DNA from: Nemertoderma westbladi
Lineage: Eukaryota; Animalia; Xenacoelomorpha
Reading direction: 5' to 3'
NCBI GenBank assembly: GCA_032718475.1
Contig: JAUCBJ010004420.1
Coordinates: 1 to 64,000 of the forward strand
Length of the DNA: 64,000 nucleotides
The position numbers and the translations under genes were made by a program. The notes below the pieces were generated by a model, which saw nothing but the letters and a program-made list of their open reading frames with translations, had not been told where the DNA came from and did not search any database. This document shows, piece after piece, positions 37,652-50,565 of the stretch; position 1 is the first letter of the stretch, and each line of letters opens with the position of its first letter.

Positions 37652-39339
37652 TATTCGAAGAGACAGTAACAATACCTGCTATATCTTACTGTAAAGTTTG
37701 CGAATCAAATCATAATCAGACCTTCTAACCAAAACAGTAAACTCCAAGTAAGCGAATATGTATATATTGCAGTATCGGTCTCTTATAACCGGTGAGGCAG
37801 AAAACAGTCTACGAACGGACAAACTTCAATAAAACAAAATTCCGCGCAGCGAATCCTAAAATCAGGCCGACTCACTGACAGACTAAGGGGCTCGTATTCT
37901 TTGCCGCGGTGTGATTTATATGGTTGGGCGAAAGGGACGCTAGCTAGGTGCAGAGATTGTGAGATGTCTAACTAGCGGGCAAAGTGCAGTACGGACAAAA
38001 GTTAATTTTATATATTTTGAGGTGTAAATAATTTCTAACGCGCGTGTGTTAATTCTGAACCGTCAAGATCAGTTTTGCTCCTTCATATATATAATTACTG
38101 GGTACGGTGTGCATTTTACAAATATTCTAATTTTGTAACTTGTAGGGCCAATACTCACGAATGATAGGGCTCCTTCCCCTCTTGCGTATTTCCAGGACTC
38201 AAATTCAGGCATAAGATTAATGCTACGCCCAGAATTCGGCTGCCCTACCGCCTGAATGGTACAATCCTAATTCAGGTGAAACACAGTAACCCTACTAGCC
38301 TACAAGTTCTAATGCAATGGACACCATTGTACTACAAATAGTCGCAGACGCACCTGTACTTAGCAAGAGTTAGGCGTACAGTTTGCTGCACCCTACCAAT
38401 GTGTATGCTTTGTACCGGTGTGCCTACGTCCTATCTGCGTACTAGTATCTCTGCCTGCTCTCCCCCTCCTCCCGTAGGAATATGAAGGTCTACTGCGGTT
38501 TTTCCTGAATTAAAACAGTACAGTCCCTAGATGTAATTTTAGGCGTACAGCATGTCACTACCTCTACCTTCGATCTTTGGTCTTATACTTAGGTAGCAAG
38601 GCATCGAACGCTGTCTAACCTTTCAGGCGATGGGCGAATAACTAAGATGATATTGCGGGTTGTCTCCTGTCTACATTCCTTAGATGTTCCCGTTCATTGC
38701 TGCGGCCCGATGTCTAGCCAGCCATCCTGTCCCTCAATTGAGTTCACCGTGGTGAAGCATAGTAAAACAGATAGAAAAGGGCAGATGTGACAAGTATTTC
38801 TAACTTTTATTGCAAAATCAAACAATAACTATTATACAATAAACAGAATAGCAAGTAACAGTGATGTAGCGTGACGATTGTAAGAAAGAATAACTAATGA
38901 ACGAAATCGCACCTTTTATACCAAATTTGTGCCGCAATCAATCGAGAAAATTCTCGATTGTTCTATAGGTTCTAACAGGTCTTTAGAGATAGCTATTGGT
39001 CCAGCAAATATATAACTTGTATGACATTGGTTACAATCTAATAACTACAGTCTCATTGGTTAACCTTACTTCGAGCAAATGCAATTAATTTGTAGCGGTC
39101 AATTTAAATGAGTTGAAATTCTGCACAAAAAATAATTCGCACCTACTAGGATTCGAACTCAATACACACTACATATAATTTCCAACGCTCTACCGACTGA
39201 GCTACTGAACCACTTGACTAATCATCGTTCAAATAGATATACAAATACAAATGAGGACTTAATGTAATCTTTAGCAAAGTTAATTCGAATAAAATAAAAA
39301 TTTTGAAAATCCACGGCATCTAGAGAATATAATTCTATA
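37652..39339 (-). repeat. 5' LTR of Y (1688 bp)
   Basis: Near-identical to 17385-19282 apart from one ~208-bp deletion. Confidence 0.95.
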
Positions 39340-42300
39340 ACCAAAACTACCGTTACCCGACAACAATGGAATGGTACTCACGAGGCTTTGCAAGTTGAAG
39401 CAAACGCTAAAACGGAGCCCCGAAAAGAATGAGTACATCCATAAGACAATTAGCAAGTATGTTGAGAAAGGATGGGCCGTGGAGTTACCGGTCGACGAAC
39501 CAAACACGGACAGGACCTACTACCTGCCACTCCACGTGGCTCTAGACCCGAAGAAAGGTAAACTGCGGATGGTAGTTGACGCATCGGCTAAGACCAATGG
39601 CAAATGCCTAAACGATTATCTGCTGGAGGGTCCCAATATCTATAACTCAGGGATCGAGGTCCTACTTAGATTCAGGAACGGGAAGCACGCCTTCACCTGC
39701 GACATCGAAGGCATGTTCAACCAAGTCCGTGTAGCAGAAGAGGATAGCGATAGTCAGCGCTTCTTATGGTACAACGGCAACGAGGAACCGTCGACAATAC
39801 CGATGTACAAGATGGTAGTACAGAATATGGGAGCCAAGTCGTCTTCGTTTACAACGACTGTGGCCGTAAGAGACACGGTAGAAGGGAAGGAAGATAAATA
39901 TAGCGCCAAAGCCATCTATATGATTTGATGCGGCTTCTATGTAGACGACGGAATGGAGTCTGTAAACACGGTTAAGGAACTACGGGATACAGGGCGCTAG
40001 GTTCGCGACATCCTTAAAGGATCCGGCTTTAACCTGACCAAGTTCCAATCCAGTTCGGAAGAATTTATCAAAGCCATAGAGGACAGGAGGCCAGAATCGA
40101 CCATGGATAATCCCACGACAGCCAAGGGACAGGACATGGCGAACAAGAGGATAGAGTCCCAGCAGAAGGCACTAGGGATCGTGTGGAACAGAGAGACAGA
40201 CGAACTGAAGTACCAATTGAGCCAGGAGGGCGCAGACATCCACACAAAGAGGGGCTACATGTCGTACATAGCAAGGATATACGACCCCCTAGGCCTAGCA
40301 TCCCCATTACTAGTTACGGGGAAACAGATACTTAAGAAAGTATACAAACTGAAGGAGGAATGGGATACAGAGGTCCCGGAAGAGATCAGCAAGCAGTGGT
40401 GCAAGTGGACAGAGAGTTTAGAACTGATGGGAACATACAGCATGCCATGCGTGTATTTCCCGGATGGGGGCATGACGAATCTGCATCTACACATGTTCTC
40501 CGATGCGTCATTAGAGGCATACGGAGCGGCATACTACATAGTACAACGAGAGGGGGCTCACAAGCCAAGACTCGCATTTAGCAAAGCGAAGTCGACACTG
40601 CCAGATTCAGCATCAGTCCAGAAACTCGAGTTGACAGCTGCTAGGTTAGGAGTTAGGGCCACAGCCTACTTGATGGACGCTATCCCCAACATAGTGGAAA
40701 CACATTACTGGACGGACTCCATGGTGGTGCTTGGTTGGCTACATAACGAAAGGACGAGATACCCTATATTCGTCGCAAATAGGGTGGACGAAATAAGGGC
40801 AACAACGGAATTGGAAAGGTGGCACTACTGCCCAACGGACGAGAACCCAGCGGACTTGTTATCGAGGGGCGTGGCACGCCACACTTTCCTGAAGAAGGAA
40901 GTATTGTGGCAGCACTGGCCGCAATTTCTGAACGATAAGACAGCCTGGCCGCCGATGAGAAAGGTGGACCCAGGCTCAGGGGAAGTAACATTAGAGGAAG
41001 AGGGAGGAGATTCAGAGCGTGAAGAGATATATAGCCAGATGGTGAGGGAGATAAGGGACGTGCAACCAAAACCAGAAGAACTGTGCGATAACCCGACGGA
41101 CAAACTCCTTAGCTACAGCTCAAGTTGGTACAAGACCAAGAAGTTAGTGGCGTACTGGAGAACCTTTGGGGATTTCCTCAAGGGAGTCGGCAAAGACGTA
41201 AAAATTAGAACAACCATCGATCTGGAGGGAGCGGCCAAGGCCGTCATCCGCTACGAACAGAGAAAGAATTACGCCGACGAGGTGGAACGCGTCGGTAAAC
41301 AACAGCACCTCCGACGGGACAGTGAGCTGATCGCGCTGTCGCCACATCTTAATGATGATGCAATCTTAGTAATGAACTCTAGGGTGTCGAACAATAACAG
41401 TATTATCATTCCGCCAAAGCCCATCATCATCCTTAATGGATCGCCGATAGCCCACCAGATTATCTGGGACTCCCACAAGTCGATATTGCACGGGGGCGCC
41501 AACCGGACCCTCACGGAGATACGAAGGACCTTTTGGGTCAAACAGTTGAGGAAGAAGGTAAAGGCGGTAGTGGGGCAGTGCCAGACCTGCCGATGAACGA
41601 AGAAGGAGCGAGCCATACAAGAGATGGCGCCACTACCAGCGAGTAGAGTAAGACAGCACGACCCGCCATTCACGCACTGCAGTGTGGACATGTTCGGGCC
41701 GATAAAGATTAAGGTGATGCGACACACGGAGAAACGCTACGGTATTATCTTCATATGTAACAACACGCGGGTGGTAGGGATAGAACTCGCCCAAGATGCA
41801 ACCCATCGGCATTCATTAATGCCCTAGAAAGGTTCAGAGACCGCAAAGGTGGGACGATCGCAGTAATATACTCCAACAACGGAACCAACTTTGTGGGGGC
41901 GGAGAACGAGATGGCAGAGGCCTTGGATATCCTGGAAGGGGAGGAAGTCAGGGCAGCCATGAGAAGACGACAGGTGAAGTGGGAGAGGAGGACGCCGTAT
42001 GCTCCGCATACTCTAGGATGCGTCGAGAGACTCGTGGGTAGTTCAAAGCGTCTGATGACGAAGTTGATGAACACCCACATGGTAACAGAGGACGTACTAA
42101 GGACGGTACTAGCAAAGTGTGAGGGTATCATTAATAGCAGACCGTTATATCCAGAAAATGATGACCCAGAGTCATTAGATGTGCTGACGCCCAGTCACTT
42201 TTTAATGGAAAGGCCAGCGACCATCGACATGCGGGGTGTAGACCCAGACGATATACACTCCCGACAGATTTGGAAAGTTGCTAAGGCGATAAGCGCGGAG

Positions 42301-42597
42301 TACTGGAGGAGGTGGGTCGAAGAATATCTACCCACGCTTCATAGGAGAAGCAAGTGGAGAAATACAAACAGGGAGTTAAAGGAAGTGATCGTCACGGACG
42401 ATACCATCATCAACAACCAATGGCGGTTGGCGAGAGTTGTGGGCACTTACTCCGATGAGGACGGAAGAGTCCGGGAGGTGCGGATAGGTGGCAAGATAGG
42501 AGCGAAAGATAGAAAGACCTACAGGAGGGCTGTAGGAAAGTGCTGCCTTCTGGAGGGAGCACCAGTCAGTGGTTTAGTCGTCCAAGTTTTGGACTGA
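39340..42597 (+). pseudogene. pol: B pol (RT, RNase H, integrase) with stops
   Basis: YYLPLH..KLRMVVDAS, CDIEGMFNQV, FYVDD (~39935-39949), IYDPLG, HMFSDAS, HYWTDS, HKSILHGG..CQTC, VDMFGP, GTNF, CVERL. Confidence 0.95.
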
Positions 42598-42704
42598 GGG
42601 GGGTGGGATTGAGGGCAAGACGCCCTTCCCACACATAAAATAAAAAATAAAATAAAATTAATAGAAAGTAATAGTACATAATAGGTATGCAGTAAGTAGG
42701 CAGA

Positions 42705-43260
42705 TAGACGTTAGTAAGAGTTAGTTAGTAAGAGGGTACGTAGTACCGGTTAGTAAGAGTTAGTTGAGTTAGAAGTTAGTAAGAGGGTACGTAGTACCGG
42801 TTAGTAAGAGTTAGTGGAGTTGGAAGTTAGTAAGAGGGTACGTAGTACCGGTTAGTAAGAGTTAGTGGAGTTGGTACGTTAGTACAGGTTAGTAAGAGTT
42901 AGTGGAGTTGGAAGTTAGTAAGAGGGTACGTAGTACCGGTTAGTAAGAGTTAGTGGGAGTTGGAAGTTAGTAAGAGGGTACGTAGTACCGGTTAGTAAGA
43001 GTAGTAGTTAGTTGTAGAACTAGTTAGTAAGGAGGTACGTAGTACCGGTAGTAAGTTAGTTGTAGAGCTAAGTTAGTAAGAGGGTACGTAGTACCGGTTA
43101 GTAGAGAGTGTAGTAGAACTAGTTAGTAAGAGGGTACGTAGAGTACCGTTAGTAGCAAGAATTAGTGGTAGGGGGATATGTATAAGATATAGTATATAGT
43201 AAGAGTTAGTAGAAAATAGAGCTAGTAGGGTTAGTAGAGTTAGCAGTAAGAGATTAGAGA
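42705..43260 (+). repeat. GTTAGTAAGAG/GTACCGG-rich degenerate tandem repeats in the B 3' UTR
   Basis: ~47-bp units GTTAGTAAGAGGGTACGTAGTACCGGTTAGTAAGAGTTAGTGGAGTTGGAA. Confidence 0.85.
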
Positions 43261-44191
43261 GCACAAAATACCGTAGAAGTAGTGGCCAGAAAGGTAGATA
43301 GGGCAATAGCACAAAACAAAATAAAATTAAGAATATCAGGATCACCTCCGAACTACAGAAGAGCCTTCAAGGTGGCCTTCGAAGGTCTGGTAGACCACCC
43401 GGGGCTGGAGGGCGAGTCGGCGTAATACAACAGCCGGCATCTAGTAGACAGGGAGGTGGATACACATATCACGTGGGAGAAGTTGGAAGCGGATAGATTT
43501 GGGGAGAAGCGACTGGAAGAAGTCGCCAGGCGAGAAAGGCCGAGAGGGAATGAGGCGCGTTAATGTAGACGAGTAAATAATATAATATATGGTAATAATA
43601 GCCTTATAATAATTATATAAGTAACTCACATATATATATTATAAAGTATGTACCGTAGTCAAGCACAACCTTTTCCAATTAGCTACTGGGACTGGGGATT
43701 AATTGACTAGGGCGACAGGACGGGACTTAGATGGCTCCCAGTAACATGTGCGCACATGTGTGGGGCCCGATAAGTGTGTAAGGGACGAAAGCAAGAATGG
43801 AGAGGAGGTTTTTTTGACAGGATGAGGGACAGTGAGAGGAGTGCAATTCGAGTGTGGGGGGGGGGGGGGAGGAGTAAGAGTTGGAGCGGTTGAGAAGTTG
43901 GAGTAAGGGATAGAGCGGAGTTAGAGTGGTGAAACTGTTGGGGAAACAAAAATTGTGTGAGAGAAGCGCACGATCGGCCCGACACGGGACGCCAGATGTC
44001 TTGGTGCAAGATAGATAAAGTTGCACCAAGACGGGGTAGCGATATCATACCCATAGGGAGAGGCCTGGAAAGCCGGCTCTGAAGAAAAAAAAAGCTCCAC
44101 CCAACACCCAATGGTAGATTGGGATCCAGCGGAATTGTAGCGCACTAAAGGTGGATGCTATCTTCTCACCGGGAAGATAGCATGGGGGGAG

Positions 44192-44754
44192 TGTTAGCGA
44201 ATTCAATTCCGCTAACCACCCCACAAAGTTAGCTTTAAGCAATATTGGGAGTACGAGGTTGATTGCCAATCAACCTCGTATCACCCCAATAAGCGGGGAC
44301 GACAAACCCCAGAGGAACACACAATGGGGGTCAGCGGTCATACCTCCGAGAGAGAGAGAATGACAGCAGCAAGGGGAAAACACTCCCAGAGAGATGGGAG
44401 GGCGAGAATTAGGTTATCAGCCAATGGGGGGGCAGGCATCCGCTGAGTAATATGGCCAAACCAGAGCAGTATATTACCGGTTGGTGCTCATTCATTCATT
44501 CACTTTAGTTAGTCAGTTCAGTTAGGGCAGAACGGTGACTCTTAACACCATCCACTGCCGCCATCATCAAATCAGCAGTATTCAGTATATTACCCTTTGA
44601 TATCAAATAACTGTGCTTATACTTCATCTCACTTACTATTATATTCTCATATTCATATACCGATCAATAACTTCAGAACTCTTTTCACACACACATGGCG
44701 GGGACGCGTAAATAAGACACCCAGGATAAACCGGGACTCTCGGATCCCGTCACA
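44192..44754 (+). repeat. 3' LTR of B
   Basis: TG...CA after the PPT; U3 near-identical to the 5' LTR, R-U5 clearly diverged. Confidence 0.9.
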
Positions 44755-44782
44755 GTGATCCCGACTGACATGTTGGTGTATT

Positions 44783-45525
44783 GAACCACCCCTTCGTGAC
44801 CGAACCATTTCTTTCCAACCCACCCCGAACCACCCCTTCGCGGCCGAACCATTCCAAACCACCCCTATATATATACCTATATTGGTTTTAGGTTAGCGTA
44901 GTGTAATATTGTATTTGTAACCAAGCAACATAAAGGACCCCCTTGGAAATAAGCTGCAAAGCTTTAGGGGTAATCCTAAATGTTATGTTGGACAATACCT
45001 TTATACCGGTACATTGTTTGGTGTATTTGTTATTGTTTTTACATAATGTATAAATAAATCTATCTAATAAATCTATATCTATCACCCAACCACCGAACCA
45101 CCCGTTCGCTGCCGAACCATTCCTACCCAACCCTCCACCGAACCAATCCTTCGCGGCCGAACCATTCCAACCCACCCCGAACCATTTCTTCCTAACAAAC
45201 CCCGAACCACCCCTTTGCGGCCGAACCATTCCAACCCACCCCACCACCGAACCAACCCTTCGCGGCCGAACCATTGTCCTACCCAACCCACCACCGAACC
45301 AATCCTTCGCGGCCGAACCATTCCAAACCTCCCTGAACCATTTCTTCCCAACCCACCCCGAACAATCCCTTCACGGTTGAACCATTCCTTCCTAACCCAC
45401 CACCGAACCAATCCTTCGCAGCCGAACCATTCCAACCCACCCCAAGCCATTTCTTCCCAACAAACCCCGAACCACCCCTTCACGGCCGAACCATTCCAAC
45501 CATCCCCACCACCGAACCACCCCTA
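44783..45525. repeat. Degenerate CCGAACCA minisatellite, interrupted at ~44866-45082
   Basis: Repeated GAACCACCCCTTCGCGGCCGAACCATTCCAACCCACC. Confidence 0.8.
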
Positions 45526-46945
45526 ATATCTTTAATCAATGTAAGTAGCTCGTCGGATACATTGTTACCTGTTGTCCCGTAGTCCACAGGAAAATAATAA
45601 TTAATGATTAATATTTGTTTAGATCCCGGAATATTTATCCGAATAGCCTGTAACCTAGAGTTTGTAACCTTAACATGGGATATATATTTTTGAATATGCT
45701 TTTTAAATATAAAGCAAAGGCCACCGGATGGTCTACCAGCACGTATAACATTATCTGGATAAGTAGCTTGTTGTAATATGCACGGATAATCTGATAAAAA
45801 CTGTTTAAAGCGGTATGAATTATCATGCAAGACAAAATGCTCTTGCAAACATACAGTACTATATCACTTCCCATTAATAAATTTACTTAACTAACATTAA
45901 ATACTAACATTAATAAACTATAAGAAAGTTCGAGATGTCAGTTATATTCGATGAAAAAATTCTGGGTTGGAGCAAGTTAAATATTATTATTAGTATGTTC
46001 ATCAAATCTCAAATATATTTCGGTAGCTCAGCGCTATCATTATCAATAAATTACTTACAAATTCTAATATAAATTGCAGAAATTGACTACCGTAACGTAC
46101 TGTTGAAAATTGCACAAAAAACAGAATAAATTTTGTAACCAAAATTAGAAACATATGCTACTATATACATACGCTACACATACATCTTACATACAACCCC
46201 CCCCCCCCCCCCCCCCCCCCCACCAAACCTCCCCCCCCCCCCTTTATTATTGATTGAAGGACACTCGCTTCCCCGAAAACTTTGCTAGAGTTGCTGCACT
46301 CAGGTAGCCTACCTCTACTGACTGTCGCTTGTTAAGGGCCCTGTCACCTAAAGCCTTAATGTATAGGCTCTCCAGTGTGCACCTACGGTCCCTATGCGTT
46401 TCCCTGCCTATGTCTTGCATGAGGTCAAACCTCGGTACATGGCCTGTCTGCACATGGTGGTCAGCCAAGTCAGTAGCCTTAGCCCTCTGGTGGCGTATGT
46501 CTGAATCATGTTGAATTAACCTTATGTCGCTATGATATTTTGATTCGCCTATGTATACCTTACCACATGTACATGGGATCGCATAGACCACCCCCCTTGG
46601 GTCGGACTTTAGATTATGACCCTTCAATAAATAGGAATGGAGCTTCCGCCCTGACATAAAGCATGTAACCACCCCATAACATGCACATATTCTTTATAAG
46701 TTTTCTGTTAACCCAGTAATGTATGGTAGACCTATTCTAAATTCTAATTTGTCCTTCGGGGTTTGTTTAGGGTTAGGGTTACTAAAGCGCGCATTAATAA
46801 TACTAACATTAAATACTAACATTAAATAACTTTAATAAATTCGACCTTATCTGGTGATAAGCCTGTGCTGTTAAAAGACGTTACAGAAATGATACTTGAG
46901 TCTAACAGATTCGTAATAAAAATAGAGTTTGTGGAAGTAGCCATT
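45525..46945 (-). mobile_element. 5' fragment of a LINE APE endonuclease split by a ~0.9-kb insertion
   Basis: MATST...SVTSFNSTGL (46945-46830) continues as LQEHF...GRPSGGL...ILIINYYFP (45851-45530). Confidence 0.75.
46247..46790 (-). mobile_element. 3' fragment of a Penelope-like element (GIY-YIG endonuclease)
   Basis: LPYITG upstream; GVVYAIPCTCGKVYIGES...RLIQH...LADHH..TGH...LESLYI...LN. Confidence 0.85.
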
Positions 46946-48017
46946 GTAAAAATTATTAGAAATATATAACATAAGTATAAAAATAACAATTGCAGAATGT
47001 ATATTACGGCAGTGCGTTTTTTTACTTTTTTCGATATATATTTTTTTCGGTATATTATACTATACATATGTAACAAGTTATTTCGCTAAACCATCATCCA
47101 GGCTCTCGATAATTCCGATTATACCGAGAATATCTCCACGGACGAAGTATTACCACTGTTACGATATATGGCGCTGTGTACTGAAACAGCCCATTATACA
47201 GTATAAAGTATTTTAGATAAGTCATAAAGATGTACAGCCGTGATTAGATAGGCACAATAAAATATCCAAGTTTATATATTTCATCCGTTTTTGTACAGTA
47301 TGTAGTTTGCGTATGTAATTTTATATTAAATCTTATTAAATAACATTTATGGTGGCAAACTTTCATAACACCTTAATACGAATTTGCCGTTTATCAATCT
47401 TGACTGAACTAATTGCTATTTGTGTTAATTTCCTTTATATTTCTCCCTAAATTGGCTTTATATCGAATTTATGCTTAATGTGCTTTAATAATCGCGAAAT
47501 TAATGTTATGGCCAGCAACCTATAGCCCACCGGGACAGATTTCATTACAATTTATGGTAATAATTTGTGAAATGGGGCGAAAGGGATCATAACACGGCTT
47601 CCCCATTGGCCCAGCTGTTTTAGGTTAGTCTAATGGTGGCAGGGTTTGTTGGACCGATGAAACGATTATTGCATCATACATATTTCGTCAGCTATAAATT
47701 TGCAGTGCTTCAGTATCTTATTACCTTATCGTATCCGTTTTACCTGTCCTTATCCTGTTTTTTATCGTGTTACAGTTTACTGTATCCGTTTCCGTTTCTT
47801 AATGATTTGAATTCTTTGCTATTTCCTTTCTTCTAATTATGAAATTCGTTGATGCTGATTCTTCTGATTACTTCTTAATTACAATTTCGAATAATGATTT
47901 CTGCAATTGACTCTTGATTTCTATGTAATTGAGATGTGATAATCCTTACGGGGATTTCTTTCAGATTGTTAGACTGTTTGCGAATGCATGCGCCGATATG
48001 GTAGGTATTTGTTTTAG

Positions 48018-50565
48018 CATGGAGAGAGTGGGAAGCCGAGTTGCATCTATTGAAAAATATAGATGTACCCCGTTCCTACTTTCCGAATCAGCTGGTATTT
48101 CCAGCTGATCTAGAGCTGTACCTGTTCAGTGATGCGAGTGACACCAGCTTTGGTATGGTAGCCTAGCTTCGCCGAGAGGTAAGTCAGGATAAGTTTGAGA
48201 CGGCCTTTGTGACTTCTAGATCAAAGACAATGCCGGTCAAATACATGACGGTCCCTTGACATTATACTATTGGACGGACGCATCTTTAGTGTTAGTGTAT
48301 ATTGCAGCGGACTATATTGCACTAATGACATTTGTAGCCAACAGACGCACCCAGATTGTAGATTTTTCGACGAAGGAACAATGGAGACATTGTCCGGGAG
48401 TGTTAAACCCGGCCGACATAACTTCGAGAGGTGCTATGCCGGTGGAATTCTGCCAAGAAGAATCTCAAGAGTTTTGGTTACATGGGCCGGATTTTCTAAC
48501 AAGGACACTGGAACATTGGCCAGAGCGACTGAAGATTGTTACCAATCCGATGCCAATAGATGCGGAGGTCAAATTGGACAAGGTTTCCAAGTCTAAATCG
48601 AAAGCCATACTCGAGCCATTGGAGCGGCCTGAAGAGCAATTGGAGCGGCCTGAAAAGTCATTGGAGCGGCCCAGAGACCTGTCAGACCAAGAGACTTATG
48701 TGACTACAAGGTCTGGAAGGGTAAGTTATGACATAAAACCACCCTCACCGACTGCACAAGGGTCACAGTTAGTAAGTGACGGACAGCAAATGACTACCAA
48801 GACGGAGCCTTCGGTTTCCAAACCTGCGGGTTTGGATTCGAAAATTCCATTGGCCAGTGGGCAACCGTCACTAGCATTAGAGCCACGTAGTATTTATGAC
48901 AAATTGTTAACTTCGTCCGCCTCTTGGCTGACAATTTGTAAAAGAACCGCGTGGTTAAGCTGATATGTTTCGTTCCTTTGTTTGAAACATACGAAGCATT
49001 TAGGAGATCAAATGAGCACTAATAGTGAGCGAATTCAAAAATTGAAACAACCTCTGACAGAGGATGAGATCGACCAAGCGGAACTAAAGCATTTAAAGCA
49101 TTATCAAATGTGTGCCTTCCCAAAAGAATTCTATCTGTTATCGGCTCAATGACCAGTTCTTTATAAACCCCTCAAAAAATGGAGTCCATTAATACATAAG
49201 GGTTTGATTTGTCATAGATCAAGAATCCAGACTGTCGACATAAACTCACAGTTTAGGTTCCCAGTGATAATTCCTATTCACCCAATAGAATTGCAAAGAG
49301 TGATTCTGCAGGATATACATAAGAGGCTGCATCACGCGGGAAGGTTATACTGTTTGTCGACAGCGAGACAGCGATTCATTTTATTGCAGCCAAGCAGGGC
49401 GGTAGGTACCATGTACGACGCCTGTCTGGTTTGCAAGAGAGTGAACGCCAGAGTATTGGAACAGGAAATGGCTGAACTCCCGAAAGCGAGAGTGCAGGCA
49501 TACGATCCACCCTTCACAAATACGGGGCTGGACTGTTTTGGCCCGATTGAGGCAAAGAGTGGACGGATGACCCACAAGAGATGGGGCCTGCTACTAATAT
49601 TTATGGCAAGTAGGGCCGTACACATAGAACGTGTAGAACGGGCAGACATGTCAACCAAATCTCTACTCCTGGCTTTAAAGAGATTCATGGCCAGGAGATG
49701 ATTAGTAAGGGCGTTCTTCTCCGATAAGGGTGCTAACTTTGTCGGAGGGGATAGTGAGTTGAACGCGGCTCATAGGGCGGCGCAAAACAAAGAAATCTCT
49801 GCAGCACTTTTGCCGCAACGAATTAAGTGGAGGTTTAATACCCCAGAAAGTCCCTGGAGAGGAGGAAATTGGGAGTGTCTGGTTCGCTCTATAAAACAGG
49901 CCATTGCAAAAACATTGCCTGTAATTAAACAACTAACGGACGATGAGCTGGTAACAGCTTTCATTGAAATCGAGCATATTCTAAACTCGAGGCCGATAGC
50001 TATGTTACCGGACGGTGTTGCATTGATACCAAATCACCTGCTTATGTAGAGTCCGGCATTTCTTGTACCAGCATCAGAACCTATTAGTGCCGACCAATAT
50101 AGTAAAAAAAGCTGGAAAATAACCCAGTTTATAGTGTACACATTCTGGGAATATTGGCGGGAATAATACCTTCCCACAATATCCACCAGATCAAAATGGT
50201 ACAAAACAGTTCGGAGCCTCCTAAGAGGAGACTATGTATTAATAACCAAACCAGTGATAAAGAGAAAATATTGGGAGACCAGCGTAATCTTGCACATACA
50301 CCCGGACGTACAGAATATAGTACGCACCGTCACTGTCAAAATAAGGTGCAAATGTCCAAACAAGAAGAAGTGTAAAACTAAGGGTTTGCACAACTTGGAC
50401 AGGTCGGTCCAAGATATTGTGTTACTAGAGGAAACACGCATTGAGACAGGAGACTCTAATTTGTCCTCTGCCTCAAAACAGGATGAGTGTCAGAATGCAA
50501 ATTCACTTCTTATGCATTCCTCGTATGCAAATACTCGGAAATGCTTAGGAGCGGGTTTGCGGTGA
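48018..50565 (+). pseudogene. pol: Degenerate BEL pol of element E (RNase H, integrase)
   Basis: LFSDAS, YWTDA, CPGVLNPADITSRG, HKRLHHAG..CLVC, LDCFGP, SPWRGGNWE; many stops and deletions; similar to Y pol. Confidence 0.9.

Larger units (their letters stand above)
17385..39339 (-). mobile_element. BEL/Pao element Y (22 kb including nested Z), inserted in B pol
   Basis: Near-identical LTRs 37652-39339 (5') and 17385-19282 (3'); TSD ACCAA at 17380-17384 and 39340-39344; removal restores B pol as WKLPKLPLPDNNGM. Confidence 0.95.
11829..44754 (+). mobile_element. BEL/Pao element B (defective), interrupted by Y
   Basis: LTRs 11829-12389 and 44192-44754 (TGTTAGCG...CCCGTCACA); PPT ATGGGGGGAG before the 3' LTR; gag-PR-RT-RH-IN order; flanks TTGAT/GTGAT (1 mismatch). 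Confidence 0.85.
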
